A stretch of DNA of 60,760 nt, the filler included, from Squatina squatina (Eukaryota): assembly GCA_031763465.1 (NCBI GenBank). It is 4 parts of 3 records of this genome, joined end to end, with 100 filler letters (N's around TTAATTAATTAA, not from the genome) between each part and the next. Parts side by side here need not be neighbours in the genome. Positions count along the whole stretch, not along the records: positions 17,039 to 31,160 come from JARFOE010000004.1; positions 31,261 to 45,925 come from JARFOE010000176.1; 2 more parts are not named here. The stretch is one strand, 5' to 3'. The translations under genes and the position numbers were made by a program. Shown piece after piece: positions 23,057 to 35,509 of this stretch (position 1 is the stretch's first letter; every line of letters starts with the position of its first letter). Below the pieces are notes generated by a model. It was not told where the DNA came from, made no database searches, and saw only the letters and a list, made by a program, of their open reading frames with translations.

Positions 23057-24928
23057 CTTTTGTTCCTGTAAGGTAGATGTTTTTTTTGTTTTGTTCAGGG
23101 ATATGTTTAATCGTAGAATCAATTCATGAATTAACCATTAGCATTGCTTGACATTTGGATTTTATGCACTGTTTGCTCATTCCAGTTCACTAGGGCAAAT
23201 GCAATAATATGCTACTCTATAAAACTAAGTGCCATAAAAATGTGTTGCATATAAAATAAAACAAAATAAAATATAACATTTTCAGAGCTGGGTAAGTGAC
23301 CACTTGGGTTCCTCGCAGGCTGAATAAAGAACTTAACAACAAATGCATGTTGAGTCCTTTTCATTTATTTTGAAACACAACATGCAGCCTCAGTTTGAGT
23401 TAAGTCCCAAAAGAAATACAGTAACAGCCAGTGTATAAAGCCCCACTTGCATGGTTGTCATTTCAGTAGAAACCCATTTAAATCTGCTGGATATAAGTCG
23501 CCATACCGTACTTACAGGATATCAAAAACATGGACAACAGTTGTGGCTTACACAACAAATTTTACAATCAAACCTTTCCACCATGAAGAATTGACGCAGG
23601 TGAGCAAAGTATATTGTTTATTCCATGCACACTGTGACAGNNNNNNNNNNNNNNNNNNNNNNNNNNNNNNNNNNNNNNNNNNNNNNNNNNNNNNNNNNNN
23701 NNNNNNNNNNNNNNNNNNNNNNNNNNNNNNNNNNNNNNNNTCATATCAATACAATATTACAGTGTCAGTATACTATGCATTGCCTATGGGTATTTTAGAT
23801 AGAATGTTTTTGTAGGAAGGCGTTGCGCGTGCCAAAAATGTCGTTGATATCAAATTATTGTTCCTTAAACTGGTATACACTAGTTTCCAGAACTAAATTT
23901 TTATATTATTATATGCAAAAACAAAACAATAATATTCTTTTCACATCAACACCTACATCTGAACTTCAGAAGGCAGACAGAGATGAATGGTATAAATCAA
24001 GTTTTCATGGATTTCAATCTAAAGCTTTAAAAGTTGTAGAACAAATGTATTATATTTTTGTCACTTTCATGGCTGGCATTATGCATGTTTTTCTTCAGCA
24101 TTTTTCATCATCGTGGGCATAAACCTGTAGCATTTACAATAAGCAAATCGTACTGGGCTGACGGCCCACTTTTACACTATTACAGATTTCAGGCAGTAAA
24201 ATACACCCTTTGCACCAATATAGCATTAAGTGATTTAATTCAAGCTATTGCAGCCAATATTTATGGACAGCAATGCAGCTAATTCCCTTAGATAATAAAT
24301 CCTCTTGTGCATTCACGGGAATATTTTGATATTTATGGCCAGCCGGAGCAGTTTTCATTGATCCACGTGAACAATGAAAGATTAATGCTCAGATTTTAAT
24401 CTGAAGGAGGTAGTAATTTCATTATCATAACTGTGTTATTCCAGTCTGATGCAAATTAAATAAATTGGGTAAGGGAATTTATTGAACAGGCTTCCTGTTA
24501 ATGTGAGATAAAACAAGTTTCATTGTGTTATAGTTCTATGAAATGTAAAGACAAAACACAAATGAAAAGGGAATTACTTTAGAATTCAGTTCCCATTACT
24601 TAATTCTCATTTTAGCAAATGCACAACTTGTGTGCCACATAAATAAACAATAAATGGCATAAAGTGCATTAAATAGAGACTGCATTAATGTTAGGAAAAG
24701 TACCTTCTAAAATGATCATTATGCAATACAAATATTTTTCTAATGTGATACAAGTGCATATAAAAAATTAAAATGATAGAGACAGATGATAGATTTTATA
24801 ATTTTTGTGATTCCCTTTTAAAGTTAAANNNNNNNNNNNNNNNNNNNNNNNNNNNNNNNNNNNNNNNNNNNNNNNNNNNNNNNNNNNNNNNNNNNNNNNN
24901 NNNNNNNNNNNNNNNNNNNNNNNNNNNN

Positions 24929-25283
24929 TGGCGGCCAGATGCACACAGGCCCTCCCCTTTAAGGGCCAGCAGCATCGAAAGCTTCACACCCTGCAAAGCT
25001 GTCAGTGCCATCGCCGACTGCCAGCCTCACATCCCGCAGGGTAATTTCTCCTGCAGGGCTCAAAGGGGCCACCGCAGGGTAATAAGGAGTTGGTGCGCAC
25101 GTTGAGGTGGCAGCGCACCAACCTGTGGCACTGCACGGCGCAAAGGGCCTAGCATCTCCGCGACCTTGCGGGCAATTTCCAGGGAGGCGAGATCGTCACC
25201 CTGCCCCAGCCCAAAATGGCTTAATGCCCCGTTTGCACTCCTCAGAGGAGCTAACAGGGTGAAAAAAGATGCAGTTTTGCCCC
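24929..25283. mobile_element. GC-rich MITE-like repeat, right end
   Basis: CpG-rich block ending CAGTTTTGCCCC (reverse GGGGCAAAACTG), resembling the other GGG(G)C..AA ends. Confidence 0.35.
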
Positions 25284-25905
25284 GATAATCTTTTTATTGT
25301 TTTCATGAATGCTCCTCTTGGCCACATGAGGATGGCAAGGGCCTTCTCAGCCTCAGGCTTCTATTCCACTCCCCCAGCCCCAATCCCCTCCGGGCCACTC
25401 CCCCAGCTGATCACTTACCTTAGTGCCGGGGACCGTTCCCTCTGGCCTCTGTTAACGGCATTTGGCTGTGCAGAATCCTGCTCCTACCAACTGGCCGACA
25501 TGTGATTCCCCCCAGCGCACTCACGCCCCAAGTTCAAATCAGAGCTAATGTATTAGAACAGACTATAATGTCACTCAATCCCTTTGGAAAATCTGGGTCT
25601 TGAAATTGTACTGTGCAGTGTTCGCGTACAAAAGGTCAATGTGTTTATGGGGAATTCTTTTGAATTCTAATTTAAGAGGAGCTAACTGATTTATTTTAAC
25701 CCAGTTAATGCTGCTTTTAAAATAATAGACAAATGAATTTTATACAAGCCTGTTATGTATTTATTTGCTAATATTGCAAAGCATAATTTCAAAGATCTGT
25801 TTTTTATATTGTCCGAACTTATTGCAACATAAATGTTCATATCAAAGTAGTCAAAATAAAGATTAAACTATTTTTTCTTTGTATTCACTCTGAAGCAAGT
25901 AGCAT

Positions 25906-27026
25906 TTACCAGCTTTTGTGTCTTTTTCTCAGGCAGTTTGATTCAAGTGTTTGATTCTGGCCATTCTTGATCTGGTTTGTATGATTAATTTTCTGATTAA
26001 CTTGACATTCAAGTTCAGAATCTGCTATCACCTGTATTAAGGAGGAAGGTGGTTCTTCAGCAGAAATCTCACAGTTTCTGTTTCTGTTTAAAATTGGACA
26101 CACAAACTGTCCTTTCTGTTTGAAATGCTCTCTTGCATGTGTCAAGTAATTTGACTCAACATTACTTTCTTTCTTGAACCAAAGTATATAGCAGGTTGGA
26201 AAGAAATTGCAGCATATAATGCTATAGATCGATGCTAAAATTGCAAATGATTCAATTGCTGGGAAATACTTGTTGCTAGCTTCTGTGTTAATATATACAA
26301 CACCGAAAGAAATCCACACAATTAAGTAAACGAGCATGGTAAATGTGATAAATTGTGCCTCATTATACATTTCTGGAGCCTTCCTTCCCTTAAAAGCAAG
26401 AATGAAGCAGACACATGCAAGTAAAGCGATGTATCCTAACATTACACCATATGCTACCTGGGAACCTTCATCACATAACAGCAAAATGATTCGGGGAATG
26501 GTCCTATTTGGCACAAGTTTTGGAGCATTCAAAGATAACCATGTTGAAGAAATGATCACTTGAATTCCTGTGGTAACAATTATAATGGGGACTGGTTTAT
26601 AGAGAAGCCTTAAATTTTTATGGATAATCGGATTAAAACTAAATGCCAAGATGATCCGAAAAGATTTCGCCAAAATACAGGAAACACACAAAGTAAAAGC
26701 TATACCAAAAAGTGGTTGTCGGATTTTACAAGTGCAATTAGATGGTTCTCCAATAAACAACGCAACACTGACAAAACTGAATAACAGTGAGAACAGCGTT
26801 ATGTAACACATCCAACCTCCAGCAGCGTTCACAGCTGGTGTACCCAGATGTTTTGTGAACAGTATGATTATTATACATATTATAAATACTCCTAAGGTGG
26901 CAAATGTGACTACCACAATAGCAAGAGCATCTCTCCGTTGAAGAAATTCTATAGGTCTCTCCTGGCATGTTGAACTCCCTTTCCCAGACCAGTGGTTTTC
27001 TGAGCATGGCATACAGTCATTGGAAT
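25906..27026 (-). CDS. GPRC6A: GPRC6A-like class C GPCR, last exon (end of Cys-rich domain, 7TM, C-tail)
   Basis: ctctgcag| acceptor. FIGEP..CTCKIRQPLFGIAFTLCVSCILAKSFRIILAFSF, MLGYIALLA..CFILAFKG, YNEA.FITF, and the end LRKRHKSW. Closest recalled match is GPRC6A; one-to-one orthology is uncertain. Confidence 0.85.
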
Positions 27027-27399
27027 CTGCAGAGGCAAAAAAATGTTTAGCCAATGAAAAAGCACAAAACAATGCACTGAAATTCTTGCTTAACATGTAC
27101 TTCTATCTCCTGAGGAAAGGTTCTGCAAATTTCTTCCTGCTTCCCAAAGGTAATTTAAACAAAACTCCAGAACATCTCTTATAGAAACATAGAAAATAGG
27201 TGCAGGAGTAGGCCATTAGGCCCTTCGNNNNNNNNNNNNNNNNNNNNNNNNNNNNNNNNNNNNNNNNNNNNNNNNNNNNNNNNNNNNNNNNNNNNNNNNN
27301 NNNNNNNNNNNNNNNNNNNNNNNNNNNAATGACTTTTGATGGAAATCATGTTTAGTTAATGTAGGTTTTCCACTGGGTGGATTAGGTTAAGATTACCAC

Positions 27400-27495
27400 T
27401 AATGACTACACTTCAAAAGTACCCCATTGGCTGTGAAGCACGTGAGGACATCCCAAGACCTTGAAAGGCACTATAAAAATGCAAGATTTATTTCC
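27400..27495 (+). mobile_element. DeuSINE 3' tail
   Basis: TGACTACACTTCAAAAGTACCCCATTGGCTGTGAAGCAC...GAAAGGCACTATAAAAATGCAAG. Confidence 0.65.
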
Positions 27496-27621
27496 TTCTG
27501 TCCTTTTTCCTTCTTTCATTCTTTAAATATCTCAAAGCTCAATGGAAAATAAGCACAGTCTTAAAAAAACACCATCATTTATATCAAAAGGAAAGCTAAT
27601 TGATAATGATGCACAACTTAC

Positions 27622-27818
27622 CCCGAGCAGAGTAGTGGTCCAGGCTGAGTCCGGTTTGTTATGTTTTCCACCTTCTCGTGGATTGGAAAGAGCCCTCCGA
27701 TGATAATGTCTCCTGGAGCTCTGGCTCCTACAATATCATCAGGGATATCGCAAAGTCTGACTGGATGGAAAAATGAAGCCCAGCAAGAAACTGTGAGTAT
27801 GACAAGTGTGGAAAACAT
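27622..27818 (-). CDS. GPRC6A: GPRC6A-like exon 1 (signal peptide and start of Venus flytrap domain)
   Basis: MFSTLVILTVSCWASFFHPVRLCDIPDDIVGARAPGDIIIGGLFPIHEK...CSG|gtaag; class C GDIIIGGLFPIH motif. An upstream in-frame stop fixes the ATG at 27818. Confidence 0.9.
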
Positions 27819-28447
27819 GTTCAACAATTCATCAACACATCAAGCTGAACATCAACTTAAATGCAACACATGAGGTGGTTAGTGCCTGTGAAAAACTGAA
27901 TTCTAATGTAATACTCCCTTCATCTGCTTTCGCTGTCATTCAACAGGGAGGAGCTACGCCGGAATCAAATTCCTCCCTCTGCTATTCTAAAGGACATTTT
28001 AACTTGTTTACCTTAAATGGCTAATGGCTTGGTTAAAATATGAGAGAATTTTAATATCGCACATTAAATAGTTGTACAATAACATCAATAGTAAATGCTA
28101 GACTTTAAGGAAGGCAGTTGTTTTTTTATTCCTGTCAATCTCAATTGTGATTGTAATGGTAACGACTTTCACCATGCAGGGCTTGGTATGGAAAAAAAAA
28201 TCCATCTTATATGTTTGAGCAGCAAATACAGAAGATTACATAGGATTAACGACACAGAAACAGGCCATTCGGGCCAACCAGTCCATGCCGGCGTTTATGC
28301 TCCACTCAAGCCTCCTCACGTCTTTCCTGACCTAAATCTATCAGCATNNNNNNNNNNNNNNNNNNNNNNNNNNNNNNNNNNNNNNNNNNNNNNNNNNNNN
28401 NNNNNNNNNNNNNNNNNNNNNNNNNNNNNNNNNNNNNNNNNNNNNNN

Positions 28448-29064
28448 GGTAATGCTGAAAGCCAAATTGAGTTGTGTTCCATTTCAGGATTGATTACTGC
28501 CTTTGGGATCTTGGTGATGTTGGGGGGCATTGCGATGGTAGTAATGGGCTATTGGCCCATGGCATACAAGATTTCTGAAACAGAAGCAGTGTCTCGTAAC
28601 ACCACCAGCAATAGTACTGCAGCAGAGACTACAACATTGGAGATTATTTCTGAATTTGTTGCCAGTTACATACATTCTGACAAGCTGAAGATTTTAGGAC
28701 CACTGGTTATGGGAATTGGCATATTTCTCTTCATCTGTGCTAATGCAGTTCTTCATGAAAACAGAGACCAGAAAACTAAAGTAATTAATATGCAAGATAT
28801 TTACTCCACAGTAATAGATCTTCACAGTATAAAGAAAAAGGAATATGGACATTTTAATGGATTTGTGAATTATGTGCAGTGCAAAAGCATTGACAATTTC
28901 AAGTCTCCAGATTCTTATGATGCATTAATATTGGCTCAAAATTCCTGTCAGACATCTACTGCAGATGGCGTAAAAAAAGTTTGATTCAATGCAAAACCCA
29001 AGAAAAAATAACAATTATTTTGCAAAGGAGCAGGAACTTGACCAAAAGAACAAGACATTATCAT
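28448..29064 (+). pseudogene. TMEM200-family (TMEM200C-like) segment with apparent frameshifts
   Basis: LCSISGLITAFGILVMLGGIAMVVMGYWP...HSDKLKILGPLVMGIGIFLFICANAVLHENRDQKTKVINMQDIYSTVID is the TMEM200 two-TM domain. The upstream VMLKAKL is in another frame, and TGA at 28982-28984 follows an A7 run. Confidence 0.75.
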
Positions 29065-29249
29065 NNNNNNNNNNNNNNNNNNNNNNNNNNNNNNNNNNNN
29101 NNNNNNNNNNNNNNNNNNNNNNNNNNNNNNNNNNNNNNNNNNNNNNNNNNNNNNNNNNNNNNNNGCAACAATAATTGCTTCCCATCGTTAGATAAAACAA
29201 AATTTCATTCTAATAATCTCCTCATCTTTTTGTTTTCCAAACAGGAAGA

Positions 29250-29559
29250 ATGCATCTGAACCCAGAACAAGTTGCCTTGATTGGACAAGTATTTGAATCT
29301 TATGTTGCAGAACTCCACAGAAATGATATCATCCATATTCTGCAAGAGCCAGACAGTGGTGCTCACTATCCAGTCACTGTGAATGCGCTGACACTGTTTG
29401 AAATCAGTATGGAGATTGGCGAATACTTAAACGCATTCCCCAATGAACTGTTTCCAATATTTGACAATGCACTTCACAGAGCAACCATGACCATTCTGCA
29501 ATCATATCCAGAGCCACATGATTTGGTCATGAAACAAAACCTTCACGTGAGAATTTCAG
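29250..29559 (+). CDS. MCM9: MCM9 DNA helicase, first coding exon
   Basis: Acceptor at 29243-29244, then [19 protein letters not shown]...[20 protein letters not shown]...[10 protein letters not shown]|gtcag; matches the MCM9 N-terminus. Confidence 0.95.
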
Positions 29560-30246
29560 GTCAGTAGGTTAAATACTGAACCATAAAATCTTTCGCAACC
29601 TGAAATTTATAGTACAGTCTGACCACTGCTTTTTACAGTGGACTTATTGGATTTCCATATTCTGTTTCTTATGTTTATNNNNNNNNNNNNNNNNNNNNNN
29701 NNNNNNNNNNNNNNNNNNNNNNNNNNNNNNNNNNNNNNNNNNNNNNNNNNNNNNNNNNNNNNNNNNNNNNNNNNNNNNAAGACTGTTAAGATTATGCCTT
29801 TTGAAATTATTAAATAATTGGCCAGCTGGATTATAAAGCTATCCTAGCAACCAGGATATATGAGAGGATATTTTCAAAAAGCTCTGTCAGAAAGGGGTAG
29901 TGACTTTTGAGCTCCAGAGGTTTCGGTTGTGGCTCTTCTGTTAATTCTATTTATAAATAACATAGGAGGAGCATACTTGTAATGTGAAACCGGCTGATGA
30001 TGCCAAACTGGAAGGCCAATTTACAAACGTAACACATTGAAAGCATTTGCAGTGATTTGAGTCAATTGAAAAGATGGGCTATCCACTGGAAGATGTAGTT
30101 TGATCTGAATAGATCTAAGGCAGTGAACATGAATTGTGTACGTATTTACTAAGTATGCAAATGATTTTGCTCAATTTTATGTAAATATAATCTATGAAAA
30201 ATATTGCTGGTATAAAGGCTCCTATGCTCAACAGACAGTTCCATTT

Positions 30247-30290
30247 ACTTGTCCATTGTAAATTTTAACTTGTCCATTGTAAATTTTAAC
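30247..30290. repeat. 21-bp tandem duplication
   Basis: ACTTGTCCATTGTAAATTTTA x2. Confidence 0.8.
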
Positions 30291-30551
30291 GCGTATTTAC
30301 TACACATCTCAGGCACTGTGGGCTATGGAGCGAGAGTGGGTCAATGGGATTAGTTTTGGATTGCTCTAGGAAAAAGCTATACAGAAATGATGGGGCAGAT
30401 GGCCTCATTCTACTCCACTACGTTGTGCCAAGGACTATTAACTAAAGATTGTCAAATAGTTTGCTTACTTTTCAGTCCCAGAAAAGACCAGCGGTCAAAT
30501 GCTTAGAAATAATGAATGTGATTTTTTTTGTTTGTTTCTGTTCTAACCTAG

Positions 30552-30752
30552 GTGATGATATTACTGTTTATGGTGTGGTTATGCAGAGGTGGAAACCTCT
30601 CACCCAAAACTCACGTTGTGACCTGGAACTTGTCTTGAAAGCCAATAACCTTGAGGTGAACAATGAGCAGCCGACCGGAGTTATTATTGATGAGGATGTC
30701 CGGAAAGAATTTGAAGACTTCTGGGAGAACTACAAAGATGATCCTCTAGCAG
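30552..30752 (+). CDS. MCM9: MCM9 internal coding exon (OB-fold/linker)
   Basis: cctag|[16 protein letters not shown]...[10 protein letters not shown]...[16 protein letters not shown]|gtgca, 201 bp. Confidence 0.93.
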
Positions 30753-31160
30753 GTGCAGTTGAGTGTCTTGTGTATAGAATCGTTCAACACGAGTCAGTAG
30801 ATTCTTCAAGTCTTCCACTGCACGGCAGTATAAATCTACCACATGGATTCTGGACAAGATTTTAACTAAATTATTTCAAGCTGTGCGAGGGTTGACTCCG
30901 TTTTGTCAAAGAGGAATGTAGGCTATTAATATGGAAGCACGTCTATTAAAGGTAATAGACTGGAACCGCTAAAGCAGTTAATTTTAAGAAAAAAGTGATT
31001 TGTTTTTCCCCAGAAGTCTTAAAAGAACTCCACTGCATTAAGCGTAGTAATTGCCTCAATAAATCATTGCTGAACTGGGCTGGCTGCAGCATTTCAGTGA
31101 TTGACACTGGCTTGTAGTGAAGGTATTGAAACTGGTGCAGAAAGGTCAACAATAGTGTCC

Positions 31161-31260
31161 NNNNNNNNNNNNNNNNNNNNNNNNNNNNNNNNNNNNNNNN
31201 NNNNTTAATTAATTAANNNNNNNNNNNNNNNNNNNNNNNNNNNNNNNNNNNNNNNNNNNN
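31161..31260. other. Artificial scaffold-joining spacer
   Basis: 44 N + TTAATTAATTAA + 44 N. Confidence 0.95.
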
Positions 31261-31802
31261 ACAGAGCCACTACTAGCTCCCCTGGTTTCTTTCAATAGTC
31301 TAGGATGCATGCCACCTGGGCATGATGACTTATCCACCTAGAGTTCTGCTAATTCATTTAGAACCAATTCTTCCTGCAGTTATCTTGAAGGTTTGTTCCA
31401 CATCTCCAGTACACCTACATTCTCACCTCCATCATTTAGTTAGAGGCAGTTGTCATGATAAAATTCTTGTGTCAACATTTATAATGGGAAAAGCTGACAA
31501 CAGAAAACAAGGTCTTACAGAGAGGAAGCACACAGGCAAAAGAAAATTAGATGTCTCTGCCGTACCTTCACCCTCCACAACATTTTCCCTTTTCTGCCGA
31601 GCAGCCCTACCTTCAACTATCTTTCTTTGTAAATGAAAGATGTCAGCCTTTTTCATATTCCCTTTTAGCCCTTCTAAACTCCTTTCTAATCTTCCTAACA
31701 CACTTTCTATATTTATGATTTTCTTTGGTACAGTTAGCATGTAGGTCTTATGTACACTTTGTTCATTTAAATGATTTTATTTATCATCAAATGTGAACTT
31801 AC

Positions 31803-31894
31803 CTTACCACTATAGATTTCAAAAAAGCTTACGAATACTTTCAGATGGAGATCCTTGTATCGGGGCTGTTCAAGCAGCAAAAATACATCTTGAG
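31803..31894 (-). CDS. KIF2C: Kinesin-13 motor domain exon (KIF2C/MCAK)
   Basis: ttcttcag|.[30 protein letters not shown]|gtaag, 92 bp. LLL.QPRY fits KIF2C better than KIF2A (LMLKKPNY). Not in the ORF track. Confidence 0.85.
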
Positions 31895-31968
31895 CTGAAG
31901 AAAAAAAAATGGAAAGCTGAGATTTTGCCTGTTACACAATAAATATATTTCACAACCATTTTTTCCTA

Positions 31969-32079
<111 letters not shown>

Positions 32080-32809
32080 TTATGGGCTCTCCACCGAGTA
32101 ACTGCCAGAATATCTGGCACACCAAAGATCACTGTTGCAAATAATTGAAATATTCTCACAACAGCAGACACTCCAATTTACGTAAATGTGCACGATTTCA
32201 ATTTCTTATTACGCTCTAGAAATCTTTCTTCCACCACCCAGAAACAATTCCCAGACATGTTAAGGGAGCCAAAGCAAGTCTTGTCGCATAACAGAAGAGT
32301 TGTAAGTTAGTTAGAATAGTTGTCAAGTAGATGGAGTGGGTTGTGAACAAAACACCGAGTGAACACGTACCAGTTGGAGACAAGTCCGTTGTGCTTCTAG
32401 TTGAGATTCTGTACTAACCTCATACACAAATGGCTGTAGAGCATCAAATATCTGCACTATTTAGAGAACTGTGAGTGTATCTGCCACTCACCCCGTCCGA
32501 TACAAGACATGGGCTGCGAGAGTCTGACAGGGTTGCTGGACGAGAGGTGCTGCCACCTACCTTGAGGTCATGTGCTGCTATAAATTGTGGGTCAGCTAAT
32601 TAGTGTGCAGGCTATGTAAATATATCCTGTGATGCCAGAGAATGGGAAAACACCTGCTGAGGCAGGGATTAGCAGCCAAATGGCTTGGGGTATATAAAAA
32701 AATAAAAACGTGTTGCAGCTTAAAAAAAGCAATGGCAGCACTGGGAAAAATATAGGTAACCAGATCAATTAGAGTCTCAAAATGTAACAGTGAGACATGC
32801 ATGTCCCAA

Positions 32810-33632
32810 GGAACATAGGAATTAGGAGGAGTAGTAGGCAGCACGACCCCTTGAGTCTGTTCCGCCATTCAATACGATCATGGCTGATCTACCTATCTAT
32901 GCTTCTATCTATCTCAGCCTTGAATATACCCAACAACTCAGCATTTACAGCCCTTTGGGGCAGGGAATTCCAAAAGATTCATAAGCCTCTGGGTGAAGAA
33001 ATTCCTCCTCATCTCAGTCTTAAAAGGCCGACCCCACATCCTGAGGCTATGAACCCTAGTTCTAGACTCTCCAGCCAGGGGAAACAACCTCAGCATTTAC
33101 CCTGTCAAACCTCTCAGAATCTTATATGTTTCAATAAAATCAGCTCCCATTCTCTTAAATTCCAGAGAGTATATGCTCATTCTACTCAACCTCTCCTCAT
33201 AGGACAACACTCTCATCCCAGGAATCAATGTAGTGAACCTTCGTTGCACCCCCTCTAAGGCAAGTATATCATTCCTTAAATATGGAGATCAAAGCAGTAC
33301 ACAGTACTCCAGGTGTGGTCTCCCCAAAGCCCTGTACTAATTGCAGCAAGACATCCTTACTTTTGTACTCCAATCCCCTTGCAATAAAGGCCAACACACC
33401 ATTTGCCTAACTAATTGCTTGCTGTACCTCCATGTTGACTTTCTGTGTTTTGTGTACAAGGACACCCAATCCCTCTGAATACCAACATTTAATAGCTTCT
33501 CACAATTTAAAAAAAATGTTCTGTTTTTCTATTTTTCCTAACTAAGTGAATAACCTCACATTTCCCCACAATATACTCTGTCTGCTACCTTGTTGCCCAT
33601 TCATTTAACTTGTCTATATCCTTTTGCACATT
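32810..33632 (-). mobile_element. CR1-type LINE, RT C-terminus to 3' end
   Basis: CAGTACTCCAGGTGTGGTCT is minus-strand RPHLEYC; CR1 tail at 32810-32890; multiple disruptions. Confidence 0.8.
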
Positions 33633-34223
33633 GGCTAGAATTTTAACCTCAGAGTTGGGACGGGTGTGTGCGGATCACGTAGCAGGTCGCCATCACGAAG
33701 TTTTGAACAGTGCGTTCTGCACTACGTGTTAAACTGAACTGATTCAATTCAAACAGTCATGTGGGTTTCCTGACCAATTAAATGTAGTGGGTCTGATGAT
33801 GTCACCAATGACTCACTTTCAGCTTAGATATTTAAAGGAGCCTTGCACATATCCCAGTTGAAAGTTGTTGGAGGTGGCATACCAGTGGTTGGAGAGGTGG
33901 TTATTGGTCTACATCACAGAGAGTTGTGTGGGTGCAAGCAAGGATGGAGTCACAGTGCCAGAAGGCTGCACCCAGATTCTCAGATGCCTTGCTGGAAGCT
34001 CTGGTCTAAGGAGTCAGAGCACACAGGGAGGTCCTATTCCTCGATAGTGGCAGGAAAAGAGCAGCCAGAGAAACCAAGAGGGCATGCTGGAGATTGCCCA
34101 AGAAGTGAGCAGCATGGGTGCTATCAGGCGATCCTGCATTCAAAGCCGCAAGAGATTTAATGATCTCATGAAGTCAGGAAAGGTGAGTGCAATGCCACAC
34201 TCGGCTACATCCTGATGTGCATG
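33633..34223 (+). mobile_element. Second Harbinger copy with a disrupted Myb/SANT-like gene
   Basis: GGCTAGAATTTT end. ATG at 33944: MESQCQKAAPRFSDALLEALV*GVRAHREVLF...KRA, then LEIAQEVSS...RKRFNDLMKSGK|gtgag. Confidence 0.75.
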
Positions 34224-34323
34224 NNNNNNNNNNNNNNNNNNNNNNNNNNNNNNNNNNNNNNNNNNNNNNNNNNNNNNNNNNNNNNNNNNNNNNNNNNNNN
34301 NNNNNNNNNNNNNNNNNNNNNNN

Positions 34324-34835
34324 GGATAGATTGGCCTGGAGGGTGTTGCACGGAGCAGTCCCGTGCAATCGGTTAAGTCGGTTTATGGGCTCCCAGGCCA
34401 CCTGCCATTTCTGCAGCCTCGAGGAGTCCGTGTTCCATGTTTATGTTGGGTGTGAGGTTGCAGCCCGTTTCATTATTTGAAGGGGCTGCTCAAGTTCTGG
34501 TTGCACTTCAGTCCCATGCTCTGATCCTCGGGAAACCGGTGCAATGGTGGGGGGGAGGAGGTGGAAAGCGGGTCGGTCGGAGGCTCTCCTCGTGACCCTG
34601 GCCAAGTTGGCCATTAATAGGTCCAGGCAGTGGCCGATCGAAGGGGTTGTTTGCCCCGACTGCCTGCCTCTCTTCCGCGGCTACATTCGCGCCCGGGTGT
34701 CCCTGGAGATGGAGCACGTGATGTCCGCCAGTACGCTTGCGGCCTTCCGCGACCGGTGGGACTGGAGTGCATCCTCACGGGGGACAGTCGGGTTTTAATT
34801 TAACACCGGGGTTTTGGTTCAGTTTTAGTTTAATG
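34324..34835 (+). mobile_element. Tx1/L1-clade LINE 3' end
   Basis: D.LAWRVLHGAVPCN...CHFC.LEESVFHVY..C (zf-RVT motif), LAKLAINRSR and a T-rich tail. Confidence 0.75.
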
Positions 34836-34884
34836 TCTGATTTGTTTATCACTGTCTTTTAATTTGATTTACTGAAAAAAGAGC

Positions 34885-35100
34885 ATAGAGTGGTCAACCG
34901 TCTCAGGGTCAAATATGACATCAAGGTTGCAAACAGTCTGGTTCAGTCTCAGTCAGTTGTCTGGGAGAGGAATGGAGCCAGTGGCATATGGAGGAGACCG
35001 AAGACAATGACTTTGGCATTCCCTATATTTGGTTTGAGGAAATTTTTGTTCATCCAGTATTGGAAGTCAGACAGGCAATCTTAAAAGTGAGACAGTGGAA
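34885..35100 (-). mobile_element. LINE RT fragment
   Basis: Minus strand contains a decayed AACCTTGATGTCATATTTGAC (NLGVIFD-like) segment. Confidence 0.45.
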
Positions 35101-35509
35101 TAAAACCACAGCAGTAGCAAGTTGCTGGATCTCAGTTATCGAGTAGCTCGTTGAGAGTTAACCCNNNNNNNNNNNNNNNNNNNNNNNNNNNNNNNNNNNN
35201 NNNNNNNNNNNNNNNNNNNNNNNNNNNNNNNNNNNNNNNNNNNNNNNNNNNNNNNNNNNNNNNNTGATGTAAAATTTAAGGCCGTCCAATTCAACTGCCC
35301 TGAGTTTCTGGCGCTAATGGACGAATTGGGGAGCGCTAAGTTCAGGTCTTTGAAATTTTTTTAAAAGTCTAGCAATTTGACACTTAGAAAAAAAACTCAC
35401 AGCTTTAAAAAACGTGCTAATTTCAGCGTTAAAGGGTATATACTTAGCACTGATTTTCTTAGTTTATTTCAACTGTTGAATTCCTCAATTGGCCCAACTG
35501 CTTAAAGGG

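Noticed and set aside
31453-31740. 95-aa minus-strand ORF downstream of the KIF2C exons
   Set aside because: Does not match the expected next kinesin-13 exon (FDLLN..LRVLED); treated as intronic.
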